From Vicugna vicugna (taxonomy: Eukaryota), in NCBI GenBank assembly GCA_013265495.1, contig MU061578.1, positions 4,041,308 through 4,105,307 on the forward strand: 64,000 nucleotides of DNA, read 5' to 3'. Numbering within the stretch: the first letter of the stretch is position 1; each line of letters opens with the position of its first letter. Positions 63,357 to 64,000 of the stretch are shown piece after piece. The position numbers were made by a program, and so were the translations under genes. Under the pieces are notes generated by a model. The model searched no databases. It was not told the DNA's origin and was given only the letters and a program-made list of their open reading frames with translations.

Positions 63357-64000
63357 TCAGAGGTGGGTGCCCAGCCGCCCTGCAGGTGGGGCAGAGAGGG
63401 GGCTGGGGCAGGCAAGGTCCAAGGCAACCAGCAGGGTGTTGACCTGGGCTGAGGAAAGGTGCTTGCCAAGGTCTGTGCAGACCACCGGGGGTCAGGGGAA
63501 GGAGCAGTGAGTGCAGGAGGGAGGCCACAGCCACCATCCCACACCTGGCAACTCCAGATGTGAGAAGATGTCAAGGAACCCCGGAACCAGCAGGCTCAGG
63601 CCTGGTGATGCCCACAGGGCCCTGCTCAGTGCTCCAGAAAGGGCTTCGCTTTGCCCACGTTTAAAAGTCTTTCTGTTCAGTTTCATAAACTTGTGCCCCC
63701 CCAACGTGCAAAGGTAAGGGCCAGCAGTTCCCAATGGCGATGTTTGAAGCAGGAAGCAACTAGAGACAAGGTAGACAGCTGGCAGACAGGAAGGGCGAAC
63801 ACGTCACAGAGCAGCCTGCTTGGCCCTCGGGGGTGCACATGGCAGTCCCCCCCTCTGGCAGTGAGACAGGTCTGCGTCCAGAGCCTGTTTTTCATTAAGA
63901 ATGTGTGGCTAGGTGAGGCCTCAGCGTTGGTGTTTTGAGTCACCAGGCTGCTTTCTGACCGAAAGTGACCCCTGCAAGCAGCATCCAGAAGGAAAACTCA

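Overview
Mammalian genomic DNA, GC-rich, with the gene order of human 16p13.3. The tRNA-Ala-derived SINEs resemble the camelid Vic-1 family, so the species is probably a camel, alpaca or vicuna. Genes in order: UNKL exons 1-10 (minus strand; 3' end lies beyond the window start), two-exon UQCC4/C16orf91 (minus), PERCC1 (plus; one coding exon and a probable TATA-driven non-coding first exon), CCDC154 exons 2-17 (minus; frame intact but no in-frame start codon found), and CLCN7 exons 17-25 with 3'UTR (minus). Exon boundaries were read by hand from GT/AG sites and checked for phase. Most ORF-track entries are spurious GC-rich or antisense frames. Main observations: the PERCC1 promoter, enhancer candidate and YAP/FAM181-like TEAD-binding motif; two intragenic CpG-rich promoter candidates in UNKL (one with a CDE/CHR-like element and (CGG)9); a TSD-flanked tailless tRNA-Ile half reading GAT at the anticodon; a CCDC154 stop codon inside its AATAAA and an out-of-frame Kozak ATG; an AT3-rich patch in UNKL exon 2. 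No CRISPR array or other prokaryotic-type system was found. Repeat subfamily names and repeat boundaries are approximate.
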